Shown: positions 9,497-19,692, counted from the stretch's first letter. The stretch is 38,502 bases of DNA from an uncultured Vampirovibrio sp. (GCA_964431115.1 CAYSIO010000001.1:1-38502); one strand, 5' to 3'. Program-made: numbers and translations. Notes: a model not told the origin generated them from the letters alone.

Positions 9497-10581
9497 TATT
9501 TATCGACCTCCGGTAAAATTATATCCAACGAACCCGCAATCGCAATTGCATCATTTAAGTACTCTCCGACAAGTATTTTCCTCAACAAGTTAACTGAATA
9601 GAAAGAACCTGTTCTCCATTTCAATCTGTAAGGCGAGCTTTCGTCCGTAGATTTTACATACAAAGAAGCTAAACCTCTGGGTGCTTCTATTTCAGAATAA
9701 AATTCGCCTTCCGGAAGTTTTAAATTCAGTGGATTTACTAACTCTTGTTTTAATTCTCCACCTTTTTTAAGATATTCTAAAGCTTGTCTTACAATATTTG
9801 AACTCTCAATAATCTCTAAAATTCTTGCTTTATAACGTGACCAAGCATCACCTTTTTCTAAAATCACCGGCTCAAAATAAAATCCGCAATACAAATTATC
9901 CTTAGAGCGCAAGTCTAAATTAACTCCGCTTGCTCTTAAATTCACACCTGTAATTCCACCATTAATAGCTTCTTCCGGAATTAATATACCCTTACCTTCT
10001 GTTCTTTGAATAAAAATAGGGTTTTCAGTGATTAGTTTTTCGTAATCGGGAACTTTTTTGTCTAATGTTTTTAAAATTTCTTCAACATCTTCCAAATCAA
10101 AAATATCATGTCTAACACCACCAAAAACAAAATAATTATTCATCATTCTTTGACCGGTTATTTTTTCGAAATACTGAAGAATTAATTCTCTATCCCTAAA
10201 AGCATAGAAAAACGGAGAAGTAGCTCCCAAATCCATCAAGAATGCGCCAATCCAAAGCAAATGAGAGGCAATTCGATTCAACTCAAGCATCATAACTCTT
10301 ATTGCACGAGCTTTGTCAGAAAGTTTTACGTCCAAAGCTTTTTCAACAGTTCTACATAAAAGTTCTGAATAGAAAAAACCCGCTAAATAATCAATTCTGT
10401 CAACCAAAGGTAAATATTGTAAATAACTAAGCTTCTCAGCCATTTTTTCCATACCACGATGAAGATAGCCAACATCAGGCTCACAGGAGATAATTTTTTC
10501 CCCTTCAAGCTCTAATATTAACCTCAATACTCCGTGTGTAGATGGATGTTGAGGACCCAAATTCAATTTGAGTTTAGTCAT
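9496..10581 (-). CDS. nuoD: Complex I subunit D
   Basis: NLGPQHPSTHGVLRL, GYLHRGMEK, DRIDY and EAPRG motifs; no NiFe CxxC motifs. Confidence 0.95.
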   Translation of the reverse strand: MTKLKLNLGPQHPSTHGVLRLILELEGEKIISCEPDVGYLHRGMEKMAEKLSYLQYLPLVDRIDYLAGFFYSELLCRTVEKALDVKLSDKARAIRVMMLELNRIASHLLWIGAFLMDLGATSPFFYAFRDRELILQYFEKITGQRMMNNYFVFGGVRHDIFDLEDVEEILKTLDKKVPDYEKLITENPIFIQRTEGKGILIPEEAINGGITGVNLRASGVNLDLRSKDNLYCGFYFEPVILEKGDAWSRYKARILEIIESSNIVRQALEYLKKGGELKQELVNPLNLKLPEGEFYSEIEAPRGLASLYVKSTDESSPYRLKWRTGSFYSVNLLRKILVGEYLNDAIAIAGSLDIILPEVDK

Positions 10582-10996
10582 TCCAACTTAGCCTTTCATC
10601 ATTTTCAACATAATCTTTTTTTAGAGGATGTCCTTCCCAGTTTTCCGGCATATAAAGTCTTTTAAGCTCTTTATTACCTACAAATTTCACTCCAAAAAGA
10701 TCATATATTTCCTTTTCATCAGCAACTGCTGAATCAAAAATAGAGCTTACGCTTTCCGCTTCCTCTCTAACAGAAGTTGCTATAACAACTTCTTCTTCAT
10801 CTATTGAATTAAAAAGTCTATAAATTAATTCAATACCAAACTCTCCATTATCAACAGCAGTTATGCTTTTCAAAAAATCAAATTTATATGTATTTTTAAT
10901 AAAATCAATAACGTTTAAAATGTTGTCACTTACAACAATTTTTTCTCCGATTAATTCACAATTTTGAACAATATTTTTTAAATTTTCTATATTCAT
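10574..10996 (-). CDS. nuoC: Complex I subunit C
   Basis: EKEIYDLFGV.F and GHPLKKDY motifs; ATG at 10996 preferred over 11023. Confidence 0.9.
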   Translation of the reverse strand: MNIENLKNIVQNCELIGEKIVVSDNILNVIDFIKNTYKFDFLKSITAVDNGEFGIELIYRLFNSIDEEEVVIATSVREEAESVSSIFDSAVADEKEIYDLFGVKFVGNKELKRLYMPENWEGHPLKKDYVENDERLSWND

Positions 10997-11012
10997 TTTT
11001 GCGCCTTTCGCA

Positions 11013-11573
11013 TTATTTAACACCTAATTTTGTAACGGAAAAATCTTCACTCACAAGCATTCCACAGAACTCTTTTAGAGGTGTCTTATGAGCATTCATA
11101 AACTCTTTTCTGGCAACAATAGATTCTTTTTTAATTTGCCCTTGTAACTTTCTAATCGCATCCAAAAGCGATTCAGGCTTTGGCGGACACATCGGTAAAT
11201 AAACATCTACAGGAATAATTTTATCAATACCTTTTACGACAGAATAAGATGTTTCTGCAAACATTCCACCTCCGCAAGTGCAAGCACCCATTGCGATAAC
11301 ATACTTTGGTTCAGGCATTTGTTCGTATAACCTTAATAAAGCAGGTGCCATTTTATGAGTAATTGTTCCTGCGCAAATTAACAAATCTGCCTGACGAGGA
11401 GATCCTCGAAAAATTTCTGACCCAAAACGTGCTATATCATTATTAGAAGCAACCGTCTGCATCATTTCAATCCCACAACAAGATGTTGCAAAAGTTAAAG
11501 GCCATAATGAATTTGCCCTGCTCCAGTTTAAAATATAATCAATCGAAGTTACTACAACATTCACTAGACCCAC
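11013..11573 (-). CDS. nuoB: Complex I subunit B (N2 cluster)
   Basis: SLWP...[26 protein letters not shown] and [11 protein letters not shown] motifs. Confidence 0.95.
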   Translation of the reverse strand: MGLVNVVVTSIDYILNWSRANSLWPLTFATSCCGIEMMQTVASNNDIARFGSEIFRGSPRQADLLICAGTITHKMAPALLRLYEQMPEPKYVIAMGACTCGGGMFAETSYSVVKGIDKIIPVDVYLPMCPPKPESLLDAIRKLQGQIKKESIVARKEFMNAHKTPLKEFCGMLVSEDFSVTKLGVK

Positions 11574-11917
11574 CTCAACATCTTTTTCTTTATAGCAAAA
11601 AATAGGCCAAATAAAAGTATTGCAACAAATATGAATGCTTCAATTATGGCAAATAGACCCAGTGAATTCATTGTAACCGCAAACGGATAGAGAAATATCG
11701 TTTCAACATCAAATATTAAAAATAAAATTGCATAATTAAAATATTTAATATCAAATCTTACTTTTGCATCACCTATAGGCATCAAACCACACTCGTATGT
11801 TGAATTTTTGACAACAGACTCATTTTTATATTGACATATAAAACCGGCAACAAGCATCGCTAGCGCCAAAAGCATTGACAATACTACAAAAATCACTAAA
11901 CATACAAGCTCTTTCAA
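11564..11917 (-). CDS. nuoA: Complex I subunit A
   Basis: YECG and [12 protein letters not shown] motifs; TTG start with an AGGGGG RBS. Confidence 0.93.
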   Translation of the reverse strand: MKELVCLVIFVVLSMLLALAMLVAGFICQYKNESVVKNSTYECGLMPIGDAKVRFDIKYFNYAILFLIFDVETIFLYPFAVTMNSLGLFAIIEAFIFVAILLFGLFFAIKKKMLRWV

Positions 11918-11997
11918 TATATATCCCCCTTGAAATATATTGTACTAAAAAATTATCTGATATAATAGTGATTATTATATAATATTAAGATGAATTT

Positions 11998-12648
11998 ATG
12001 CGACAACCTTCTATATTAGCATTATTAATAATATTAATTTTCACAGGCACATCTCTGCCTTCATTTTCTGCGGTAAAGGGCGGAGTGGAATATTCTATTC
12101 CGACAGATTACAGCAAAATAAACGAAGCTGAAACAGAGCTAAAAGCTCGAGAATATTTTCATAATGCAAATCAGCTTAAAGATGGTATTATAAACGAAGA
12201 TATGACAAACGCTCTAATGCTCTACAGCATTTTACAACAGGTTAACCCTGGCAAAATAGAATATCCTATAAAACTCGGAATCCTCTACGACAAAATAGGT
12301 AAAGACCGACAATCTAAAGGTAATTTTTCCAGAGCAATAGGACTTGATAACGCAAATCCTCTGCCATATTTTTACTTTGGAGAGTTCTATTATAAAAGAG
12401 AACTTTACAGAAGAGCTCTTAAATATTATTGCGAAAGCTATAAAAGAGGGTTCGAGAATGATTATGATTTACTTTATAGAATGGGGGACATCTACGAGAA
12501 ATTCGGAGACTCACGATCTGCCCTAAAATATTTATATGATGCCAAAAAACAAAGTCCAAATCCGGAACTTGAAAATAAGATAAAAAGAATTGAAATTTTT
12601 GATTCTACAAACAAAGAATATTATTCAGACACAAGAATCAGAGGTTAA
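11998..12648 (+). CDS. Exported tetratricopeptide-repeat protein
   Basis: N-terminal signal-like hydrophobic stretch; TPR patterns (LGILYD, FGEFYY...AL.YY, MGDIYE...AL.Y). Confidence 0.75.
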   Translation: MRQPSILALLIILIFTGTSLPSFSAVKGGVEYSIPTDYSKINEAETELKAREYFHNANQLKDGIINEDMTNALMLYSILQQVNPGKIEYPIKLGILYDKIGKDRQSKGNFSRAIGLDNANPLPYFYFGEFYYKRELYRRALKYYCESYKRGFENDYDLLYRMGDIYEKFGDSRSALKYLYDAKKQSPNPELENKIKRIEIFDSTNKEYYSDTRIRG

Positions 12649-12696
12649 GTGTATCTCGAACACTTTCTGGCAAAACAACCAACTTTACAATAAAGT

Positions 12697-12724
12697 AAAA
12701 GCGGCAACCCTATTGGATTACCGC
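12697..12724 (-). terminator. Rho-independent terminator of the 13023-12760 gene
   Basis: Minus strand GCGGTAATCC-AATA-GGGTTGCCGC followed by TTTT. Confidence 0.65.
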
Positions 12725-12759
12725 AAAATTATGTGTGTGTATTATATTATAGAATCTAT

Positions 12760-13023
12760 TTATGCAACTGTATTAAGTTGTTTTGTTTCGGCTTTGGAAC
12801 TTTCATTACCTTTAATCATATTAAAAGTTCTGTATAATTTATAGCCTAAAGCTACGATAGGATTTGTATCTACAGAGTCCGCTTTCTTAGCTATCTCTTG
12901 ACTGTGTTTAAATCTTACTGCAGCATTTGGATCTCTTAACATAAGGATTGCGTTTTCAGATTTCATTGTTTTTGACAATGTATTTTCTTTGAAACTTATA
13001 TTTGATATTTTGTTTATTTGCAT
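12760..13023 (-). CDS. Hypothetical small protein, N-terminus MQINKISNISFK
   Basis: GGAGGTG RBS before ATG 13023, with its own promoter and terminator. Confidence 0.75.
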   Translation of the reverse strand: MQINKISNISFKENTLSKTMKSENAILMLRDPNAAVRFKHSQEIAKKADSVDTNPIVALGYKLYRTFNMIKGNESSKAETKQLNTVA

Positions 13024-13083
13024 TTTTATCACCTCCGGTGAGTTTTTATTAAGTGTTTTCCTTACACTTCATTCAACAATTTT

Positions 13084-13112
13084 ATTATGCTACATAAGAA
13101 AAATTTTGTCAA
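13084..13112 (-). promoter_or_regulatory. Sigma70-type promoter
   Basis: TTGACA-17 nt-CATAAT on the minus strand. Confidence 0.7.
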
Positions 13113-13291
13113 TACTTCTTGTGAAGTTTTGTAAATTTCCCGAATTCCTTGTTATTAGTGATTCTCAGTATAAAGTGTCGAAAATACATTTAAAAATAGC
13201 CTGAGTGGTGGATAGCCACATGTCCGACATGCTTAAAAAAAGTTTAAAATTTCCCTTATTTATTGAATTATGGTAATATATTTCTTGGGAG

Positions 13292-15007
13292 ATGAGCATG
13301 CACAGAACAGAAAAACCAAACAAAAGCAAAATTTTTTCTGAACGATTATTGTGGCTGCAAGCTATTTTTGCAGTGCTTATCGCAGGTTTTATATTATATT
13401 TGTTTTGCATACAAGTTGTGGATGTAAAAAAATATCGCACTAAGGCTCAGAAACAAAGAAGAGCAAGTTCTTTTGTCATGAGGGGAAGTATTTTTGATCG
13501 CAATGGGATTAAGCTCGCTACAGATACCGTATATTATGACATTTTTGCCAGAAAGGACGATTTTGTTCATACTCCGGAGGAACTTGCAAAACTTCTCGCT
13601 CCTATTTTAAAAATTTCTCAAGTAAACCTTACTGAGAAATTAAAACAAGACGTACCTTTAATATCAATAAAAAAGAATGTCGACAGGCAAACTCGAGATA
13701 AAATTGCAAGATTAAATTTAAGAGAAATTCCTATGGACAAAAAAAGTATAAGAACTTATCCTCAGGGTTCTTTAGCTGCGCATGTTCTGGGATATTATAA
13801 TTTCGATGCAGATGTTGCTGCCGGAGTTGAAGAAACAGCAAAAGATAAGCTTGAAAGCGTTGCAAAAGGTGCTAACTATGAAATGACACCAAAAGGTAAA
13901 GTTATTTTCAATATCTCTACAGACCCTATTGCGGCAACAAAACCAATCAAAGGTAAAGATGTAACTTTAACCATAGATGCCGCTGTTCAGCACGTTTGCG
14001 AAAAAGCATTAATGAAAGCTATTGAAAAATTTAAAGCTTTTAGAGGCGCCGTTATTGTAATGAATCCGAGAAACGGAGAAATTCTCGCGTATGCAGTATA
14101 TCCATATTTTGATCCTAACAATTTTAAAACTGCAACATATTTTCAGACAAAGAACTGGACTTTAACTGACGTTTTTCCTCCGGGTTCAACATTTAAAACA
14201 ATAACAATAGCTTCTGCAATGGAACTCGGAAAAATTAATAAATATACCAAAATCAACGACACCGGTAAAATCAAAGTCGGTTGGTGGACTATTAAGAATT
14301 ACGATTACAACAAACATCCAAACCCCGGTTGGATTGATTTGGTATACTTATTCCAACATTCAAGCAATGTTGGATCTGTTCTGGTTGCTCAAATGATGGG
14401 TAAACATGAATATTATGACATGCTTCGAAAATTTGGATTTGGCGAAAAGACAGGGATTGATTTACCGGGAGAATCTGTTGGTATCCTCAAACCTGCTTCT
14501 CGTTGGGATTCTTCAGACCATGCTTCAATGAGTTACGGATATGGATCTTCTGTTACGGCAATACAAATGGTATCAGCAGTATCTGCAATCGCAAATGACG
14601 GAGTAAGAGTGACTCCGCATGTTATAAAATATTCACCGGAAGAAGAAGCTATAAAAGTAAAACGCACACAAGTAATGACTCCGGAACATGCCAGAGCTGT
14701 TACAGATTTATTAACAGCAAGCGTTAATAACGGAAAATCTTTAATAAAATCAGATCTTTATAATATCGCAGCTAAAACAGGTACTTCAATTAAACCAAAA
14801 GAGAACGGAGCCGGTTATACCAACAAACTTTATACATCAATAGTCGGTTATTTACCGGCAAGCGACCCGCAAGTTTTAATATATGTTATAGTTGACTCAG
14901 CACAGGGCGCTGAAATTTGGGGTAATACAGTTGCAGCACCTATATTTAAAGAAATTTCAACACAATTAACACATATTTTGAACTTACAACCGGATAAGAT
15001 TAAATAA
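13292..15007 (+). CDS. ftsI: Class B penicillin-binding protein (FtsI/PBP3-like)
   Basis: N-terminal TM, RGSIFDRNG, RTYPQG, LTID, and active-site motifs STFK, SSN and KTGT; directly upstream of murE. Confidence 0.85.
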   Translation: MSMHRTEKPNKSKIFSERLLWLQAIFAVLIAGFILYLFCIQVVDVKKYRTKAQKQRRASSFVMRGSIFDRNGIKLATDTVYYDIFARKDDFVHTPEELAKLLAPILKISQVNLTEKLKQDVPLISIKKNVDRQTRDKIARLNLREIPMDKKSIRTYPQGSLAAHVLGYYNFDADVAAGVEETAKDKLESVAKGANYEMTPKGKVIFNISTDPIAATKPIKGKDVTLTIDAAVQHVCEKALMKAIEKFKAFRGAVIVMNPRNGEILAYAVYPYFDPNNFKTATYFQTKNWTLTDVFPPGSTFKTITIASAMELGKINKYTKINDTGKIKVGWWTIKNYDYNKHPNPGWIDLVYLFQHSSNVGSVLVAQMMGKHEYYDMLRKFGFGEKTGIDLPGESVGILKPASRWDSSDHASMSYGYGSSVTAIQMVSAVSAIANDGVRVTPHVIKYSPEEEAIKVKRTQVMTPEHARAVTDLLTASVNNGKSLIKSDLYNIAAKTGTSIKPKENGAGYTNKLYTSIVGYLPASDPQVLIYVIVDSAQGAEIWGNTVAAPIFKEISTQLTHILNLQPDKIK

Positions 15008-15019
15008 AAGAGGTAATAT

Positions 15020-16477
15020 ATGAGATTAGGAAACTTAATTAAAGAAATTAATTGCATAGAATTAGTAAATATTGAAGATTATGATGAAGAAATTGAAAAT
15101 ATTTCTTACAATTCAAAAAAGACTAAACCTAATGATATTTTCGTATGCTTAACCGGAGAACATGTTGACGGACATGAATATGCGGAAGAAGCTCTTGCAA
15201 ACGGCGCTATTGCTTGCGTTGTTGAAAGAAGACTAAGCATAGATGCACCACAGATTGTAGTTAACTCTGCCTCAGAAACAATTGCACAAATTGCAAGCAC
15301 ACTTAATGCACATCCTTCTACAAAACTAAATATTATTGGTGTAACAGGAACTAACGGTAAGACTACGGTAACACATTTAATCCAAAAACTTTACGAAGCT
15401 TTCAATCAAAAATGCGCACTAATAGGGACTTTAGGACACAAGTTTTCAAGTGAAGAACCTTACCTTGATGCAAAACACACAACACCACAAGCTCCTGAAC
15501 TACAAAATTTGTTATATGATATAAACGAAAAATGTATTGATAATGTTGTAATGGAGGTATCTTCTCACTCTCTAGTTCAACACCGTGTTGATTACGTAGA
15601 TTTTAACGGTGCAGTATTAACCAACCTTACGCAAGATCATTTAGATTTTCACATCACAATGACGAATTATTTCAAAGCTAAAGCATCCTTATTTGCAGAC
15701 TTGGTAACCGGAGACTTTGCAGTTATAAATACTGACGATAATTATGCAGAAAACTTTTTAGAAGTAATCTCACCAACAGTTAATAAATACACTTATGGCG
15801 TTGCAAATAACGCAGATGTAATGGCAAAAGATATCTCATTTTCCGGAGAAGGGGCTTCTTTTACGTGTATTGTACAAGGAAAAGAATATAAGACCAGTCT
15901 GTCAATGAACGGGATGTTTTCTGTCTATAATGTACTTGCTGCAATTACAACAGCTCTCGCATTAGGCTTTGATATTGAAAAATCCATTAAAGTTCTGGAA
16001 GGAATAAAAGGTGTTGCAGGAAGGTTTGAAATCGTTACAACCAAACCTACGGTGATTGTTGACTATGCACATACTCCTGACGGTTTGGAAAATGTTTTAA
16101 AGGCTGCTCGTGAGATAACTCCTGAAAACGGAAAACTTATCTGTATTTTTGGCTGCGGCGGAGACAGAGATGCAACAAAACGTCCAAAAATGGGCGCAAT
16201 TGCAGAAAATCTTGCGGACAAAGTTATTATAACAAGCGACAATCCTCGTTCTGAAAATCCGCAACAAATAATTACCGATATTCTTGCAGGACTTAAAAGT
16301 ACTTCTGAAGTCATAGTTGAACCGGATAGAGAACTTGCTATTAAAGAAGCTTATAAAATAGCACAAGCTAATGATGTCGTTCTTGTTGCGGGGAAAGGAC
16401 ATGAAGACTACCAGATTTTAGCAGACGAAACAATACATTTTGACGATAGAGAAAAAGTAAGAGAAATTTTTGGATAA
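15020..16477 (+). CDS. murE: UDP-MurNAc-dipeptide--meso-DAP ligase
   Basis: GVTGTNGKTT, MEVSSH, TNLTQDHLDFH, DYAHTPD, DNPR (DAP-type) and AGKGHE motifs. Confidence 0.95.
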   Translation: MRLGNLIKEINCIELVNIEDYDEEIENISYNSKKTKPNDIFVCLTGEHVDGHEYAEEALANGAIACVVERRLSIDAPQIVVNSASETIAQIASTLNAHPSTKLNIIGVTGTNGKTTVTHLIQKLYEAFNQKCALIGTLGHKFSSEEPYLDAKHTTPQAPELQNLLYDINEKCIDNVVMEVSSHSLVQHRVDYVDFNGAVLTNLTQDHLDFHITMTNYFKAKASLFADLVTGDFAVINTDDNYAENFLEVISPTVNKYTYGVANNADVMAKDISFSGEGASFTCIVQGKEYKTSLSMNGMFSVYNVLAAITTALALGFDIEKSIKVLEGIKGVAGRFEIVTTKPTVIVDYAHTPDGLENVLKAAREITPENGKLICIFGCGGDRDATKRPKMGAIAENLADKVIITSDNPRSENPQQIITDILAGLKSTSEVIVEPDRELAIKEAYKIAQANDVVLVAGKGHEDYQILADETIHFDDREKVREIFG

Positions 16478-16478
16478 G

Positions 16479-17324
16479 ATGACTAGACCTGTTTTATTAG
16501 AACAACATATTCATGGCGCTTTCGGAGTAGATTTTAACACCGCAGGGGTGAATGATATTCTATTCGTTGCAGATAAACTTTATGAAAGAAGCATTGGAGC
16601 TTTTTATCCGACTCTCGTAACAGATTCCGTCACAAATATCAATCGCCAAATTTCTGTTATAAAAGAAGCCGCAAAACAATGTCATAGGATATTAGGGATC
16701 CATTTAGAAGGTATTTTTATTAACCCTGAAAAAAAAGGAATTCATAACCCGGAACATTTTATGTCTTTGACCGTTGAAAATTACAAGCTTATTGAAGATA
16801 ATTTTATAAAGATAGTTACTCTTGCTCCTGAACTCGATGAAGGCTTGATAGATTATTTACATTCAAAAGGTATAAAAGTTCAAGCGGGACACTGTACCGG
16901 TTGGGGGGATGTTGACGGAGCAACACACACTTTTAACGCAATGTCAGGAATAAATCATAGAAAAAGCTCTTCTGCGCTTTCCGCTTTAATTGACGATAGA
17001 GCGTATGCTGAAATTATCGCAGACGGGATTCACGTAAATGATGACGCCCTAAAGCTTTTCTTTAAATCAAAGCCTGCAGATAAAGTTATTCTGGTAAGCG
17101 ATGCTTTGCCAATTACTCACAGCGATATGAAAGAGACAGTTTTTGCCGATTCAAAAATTTATTATGACGGCACTCGCGCGACTTCAGCAGACGGAACAAT
17201 TGCAGGAAGTACAATGTTACTTGATGAAATCGTAAAACGTCTAAAATCTTTAGATTTATATAAACCCGAATATATTGAAAACGTTTGGCATTATCACAAT
17301 TTAAATCCGAAAGACTTTGAATAA
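16479..17324 (+). CDS. nagA: N-acetylglucosamine-6-phosphate deacetylase (compact form)
   Basis: HIHG, HLEG.F, TLAPE, AGH, THTFNAM, IADGIHV, SDA and IAGS motifs; TTG 16470 is an alternative start. Confidence 0.85.
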   Translation: MTRPVLLEQHIHGAFGVDFNTAGVNDILFVADKLYERSIGAFYPTLVTDSVTNINRQISVIKEAAKQCHRILGIHLEGIFINPEKKGIHNPEHFMSLTVENYKLIEDNFIKIVTLAPELDEGLIDYLHSKGIKVQAGHCTGWGDVDGATHTFNAMSGINHRKSSSALSALIDDRAYAEIIADGIHVNDDALKLFFKSKPADKVILVSDALPITHSDMKETVFADSKIYYDGTRATSADGTIAGSTMLLDEIVKRLKSLDLYKPEYIENVWHYHNLNPKDFE

Positions 17325-18338
17325 TTATTTTGCTATTTGAATATAAGCTTTATAGATCTTATTTGATATCGTATCTTCAAAAGCTTTTTGAATTTCAGTA
17401 AGTTGATAAGTTGTGGTTAAATCTCTAACATTAACTTTTCCCGAAGACAGAAGCTCAAAAGAGTCCTCCAAATCTTTAGGTGATGGTGAATAACTACCCA
17501 TAACAGTTAGCTCTTTATAATAAATCTCATTGTTAGCATAACCAAAATTATTTGGAGTACTTGAAAATACTAAAATTTTTCCACCCATTTTTATAGTTTT
17601 TAAAGCAACATCAATAGCTTTATCTGCACCGGATGTCATAAAAACGGCATCGACACCAAGCTGAAAAGTTTTTTCTTTCATCAGTTTTTCAAAAGTCTCT
17701 AAATCACGAGAATTAAAGGATTCAACACCTTTTTTATTGGCTATTTCAATTCTTTCTTCTAATAAATCACAAGCATAAACTTTATAGCCCATCGCCTGAA
17801 TAGCTTCTGCCATGATCAAACCGATTGAGCCAAGACCGACTACAAGAATTTTATCACCAACTTGGAGATTACATCTTTTTATTGCACGAACACAACAACC
17901 CAGTGGTTCATAAAAAGAAATTTCCTCATCAGATAAATTTGTAGGAACTTTGTGTGCAACATTTTTCAGATGTTCTTCACTCAAATAAACTTTTTCACTA
18001 AACCCACCCGGAAGAATATTTGTTTCTTTAAAATGCTGACACATAGAAAAATTTCCATGCTGACAATACGTACATTTGAAACAAGGGATGTGATGTGAAC
18101 TAACTATTTTATCTCCGACTTTAAAATCTGTATCAGAATCTATTTCTTCTATAATTGCAACTATTTCATGACCTAAGACTGCACCGTCTTTGACAATATT
18201 ATGTTTAAATTTCACAATGTCAGAACCGCAAAGTCCGCAGCCTAAAACCTTTACGATTGCACCTTTGCTACCGTTGAGTTTTATATCATCAACTTCTTTT
18301 ATAACTATTTTATTTCCGTTTACCTGAGCTGTTTTCAT
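17325..18338 (-). CDS. Zinc-dependent alcohol/polyol dehydrogenase (MDR family)
   Basis: CGSD, GHE, CxxCxxC(7)C and GLGSIG motifs; AGGAG RBS before ATG 18338. Confidence 0.88.
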   Translation of the reverse strand: MKTAQVNGNKIVIKEVDDIKLNGSKGAIVKVLGCGLCGSDIVKFKHNIVKDGAVLGHEIVAIIEEIDSDTDFKVGDKIVSSHHIPCFKCTYCQHGNFSMCQHFKETNILPGGFSEKVYLSEEHLKNVAHKVPTNLSDEEISFYEPLGCCVRAIKRCNLQVGDKILVVGLGSIGLIMAEAIQAMGYKVYACDLLEERIEIANKKGVESFNSRDLETFEKLMKEKTFQLGVDAVFMTSGADKAIDVALKTIKMGGKILVFSSTPNNFGYANNEIYYKELTVMGSYSPSPKDLEDSFELLSSGKVNVRDLTTTYQLTEIQKAFEDTISNKIYKAYIQIAK

Positions 18339-18351
18339 TTTTTCTCCTAAC

Positions 18352-18384
18352 TCCCTCTCCTTAGGGAGAGGGTTGGGGTGAGGG
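18352..18384. repeat. GC-rich palindromic dispersed repeat (CCCTC.CC...GGGAGAGGG...GGGTGAGGG), intergenic copy
   Basis: TCCCTCTCCTTAGGGAGAGGGTTGGGGTGAGGG; a related copy lies at 33708-33743. Confidence 0.8.
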
Positions 18385-18396
18385 AACAATTCCTCA

Positions 18397-19266
18397 TTAC
18401 TTATAATATTCTGAATTTATTTTAGCAAACTTGGTGTTTGCATAAAAATATTTTAAAATCTGATACGCATTATAACCTTTTTTCGCAAGATTATTAGCGC
18501 CATACTGGCTCATTCCTACGCCATGTCCGTTCTTCTTTATTCCGTCATCGAAAGACGGAACAGCTTTTATAAAGCCAACATCTTTTGTCCAAACTTGCGA
18601 AGCGGACTTCGTATGTCCACCCGCAGAAGCTGAATAATAAGCAGGAATAATCTTACCGTCGTGTATAAGCACAAGACCTGCTGTTTCTGTAACAGCATCA
18701 TTTGTCTGAGGTGTTTCTGCCGTTGCGCCACCATATGCCTGATCTTCAGGAGTATCTTTTAAATCATAACCGTGTTTTGCCCGCTTACCCATATTTGCAA
18801 TGGCATAACTTCTTGCTGCAATCGCCTGTGCCTTATGAGCATCGTGTTCCCAACTTGGCGGCATTTCTGATGGCACAACTCCTTGTAAATATAATTCAAT
18901 CGGTAAATCATTAATCACTGTAAGTCCGTTTCCGCTGTTCAACAGTTGAAAATGACCTCGATACCATTTGCGCTTAACACTTACAAAACCCTCATCAGCA
19001 GGTTTTATAACAATTTTATTACTGTTTATTTTTTTAAACTCACCGTCAACCTTAATTGCAATCACTCCTCGATGCGGTTTAAATTCATAACCTTGCATCT
19101 GCTCCATAATAAAAATAAGTCTATTCGTTTTACAATCAATAATTTCAGCTCGCGTTGAAGCTCCGATATATGTCTTATTAACATCGGTTTGCAACCCTAT
19201 CTTAATTGCAAAACAAGGCTGAATAAAAAATATAAAAACTGCTATTAAAAATAATAATTTTCTCAT
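18397..19266 (-). CDS. SpoIID/LytB-domain lytic transglycosylase-like exported protein
   Basis: Signal peptide; YLQGVVPSEM, KAQAIAARSY, DQAYGG and GHGVGMSQYGA motifs. Confidence 0.9.
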   Translation of the reverse strand: MRKLLFLIAVFIFFIQPCFAIKIGLQTDVNKTYIGASTRAEIIDCKTNRLIFIMEQMQGYEFKPHRGVIAIKVDGEFKKINSNKIVIKPADEGFVSVKRKWYRGHFQLLNSGNGLTVINDLPIELYLQGVVPSEMPPSWEHDAHKAQAIAARSYAIANMGKRAKHGYDLKDTPEDQAYGGATAETPQTNDAVTETAGLVLIHDGKIIPAYYSASAGGHTKSASQVWTKDVGFIKAVPSFDDGIKKNGHGVGMSQYGANNLAKKGYNAYQILKYFYANTKFAKINSEYYK

Positions 19267-19368
19267 CCCTTAACAATATTATATAACATAAATCGGAACA
19301 AAATAGGATGTTGCCAGCAAAAAAAAATATTTTTACGTTTTAATATAATAGTGAAAGGTAGGTTTATT

Positions 19369-19692
19369 ATGAATATTGATTCAATATCTGATTTAAATTT
19401 TAAAGCAAAAACAGAAGTTCTAAAAAGGGTTACAACATTCCGTGTTCCCGGTAAAAACGGAACAACAATATTAACCGATGTTTTTGATAAGGGAGCTCGT
19501 CGTGATGTTACCGGGCTTAATTATAAAATATTAAGCAAAGGTAAAGTGCTAGAAGAAAAATCTTTTCAAAATAAAAAAGGTTTTAAAGATGAACGACTAT
19601 GTTGTATCTGTGAAAGAATACAGACAAAAGTCAAAGAAGGTTTTGATTTTCTTGACGAACTGCTTAAAGCCCAGTTCAAAGGCGGGAATTAA
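19369..19692 (+). CDS. Hypothetical small protein, N-terminus MNIDSISDLNFKA
   Basis: AAGGTAGG RBS before ATG 19369; fills the intergenic space. Confidence 0.7.
   Translation: MNIDSISDLNFKAKTEVLKRVTTFRVPGKNGTTILTDVFDKGARRDVTGLNYKILSKGKVLEEKSFQNKKGFKDERLCCICERIQTKVKEGFDFLDELLKAQFKGGN

Noticed and set aside
9496..11573. Group 4 [NiFe] hydrogenase
   Set aside because: The large subunit lacks both CxxC nickel-binding motifs, and the small subunit has the tandem CC typical of NuoB.
18339..18389. N-terminal extension MFPHPNPLPKERE of the dehydrogenase
   Set aside because: It is read-through of the intergenic repeat; ATG 18338 has a clear AGGAG RBS.
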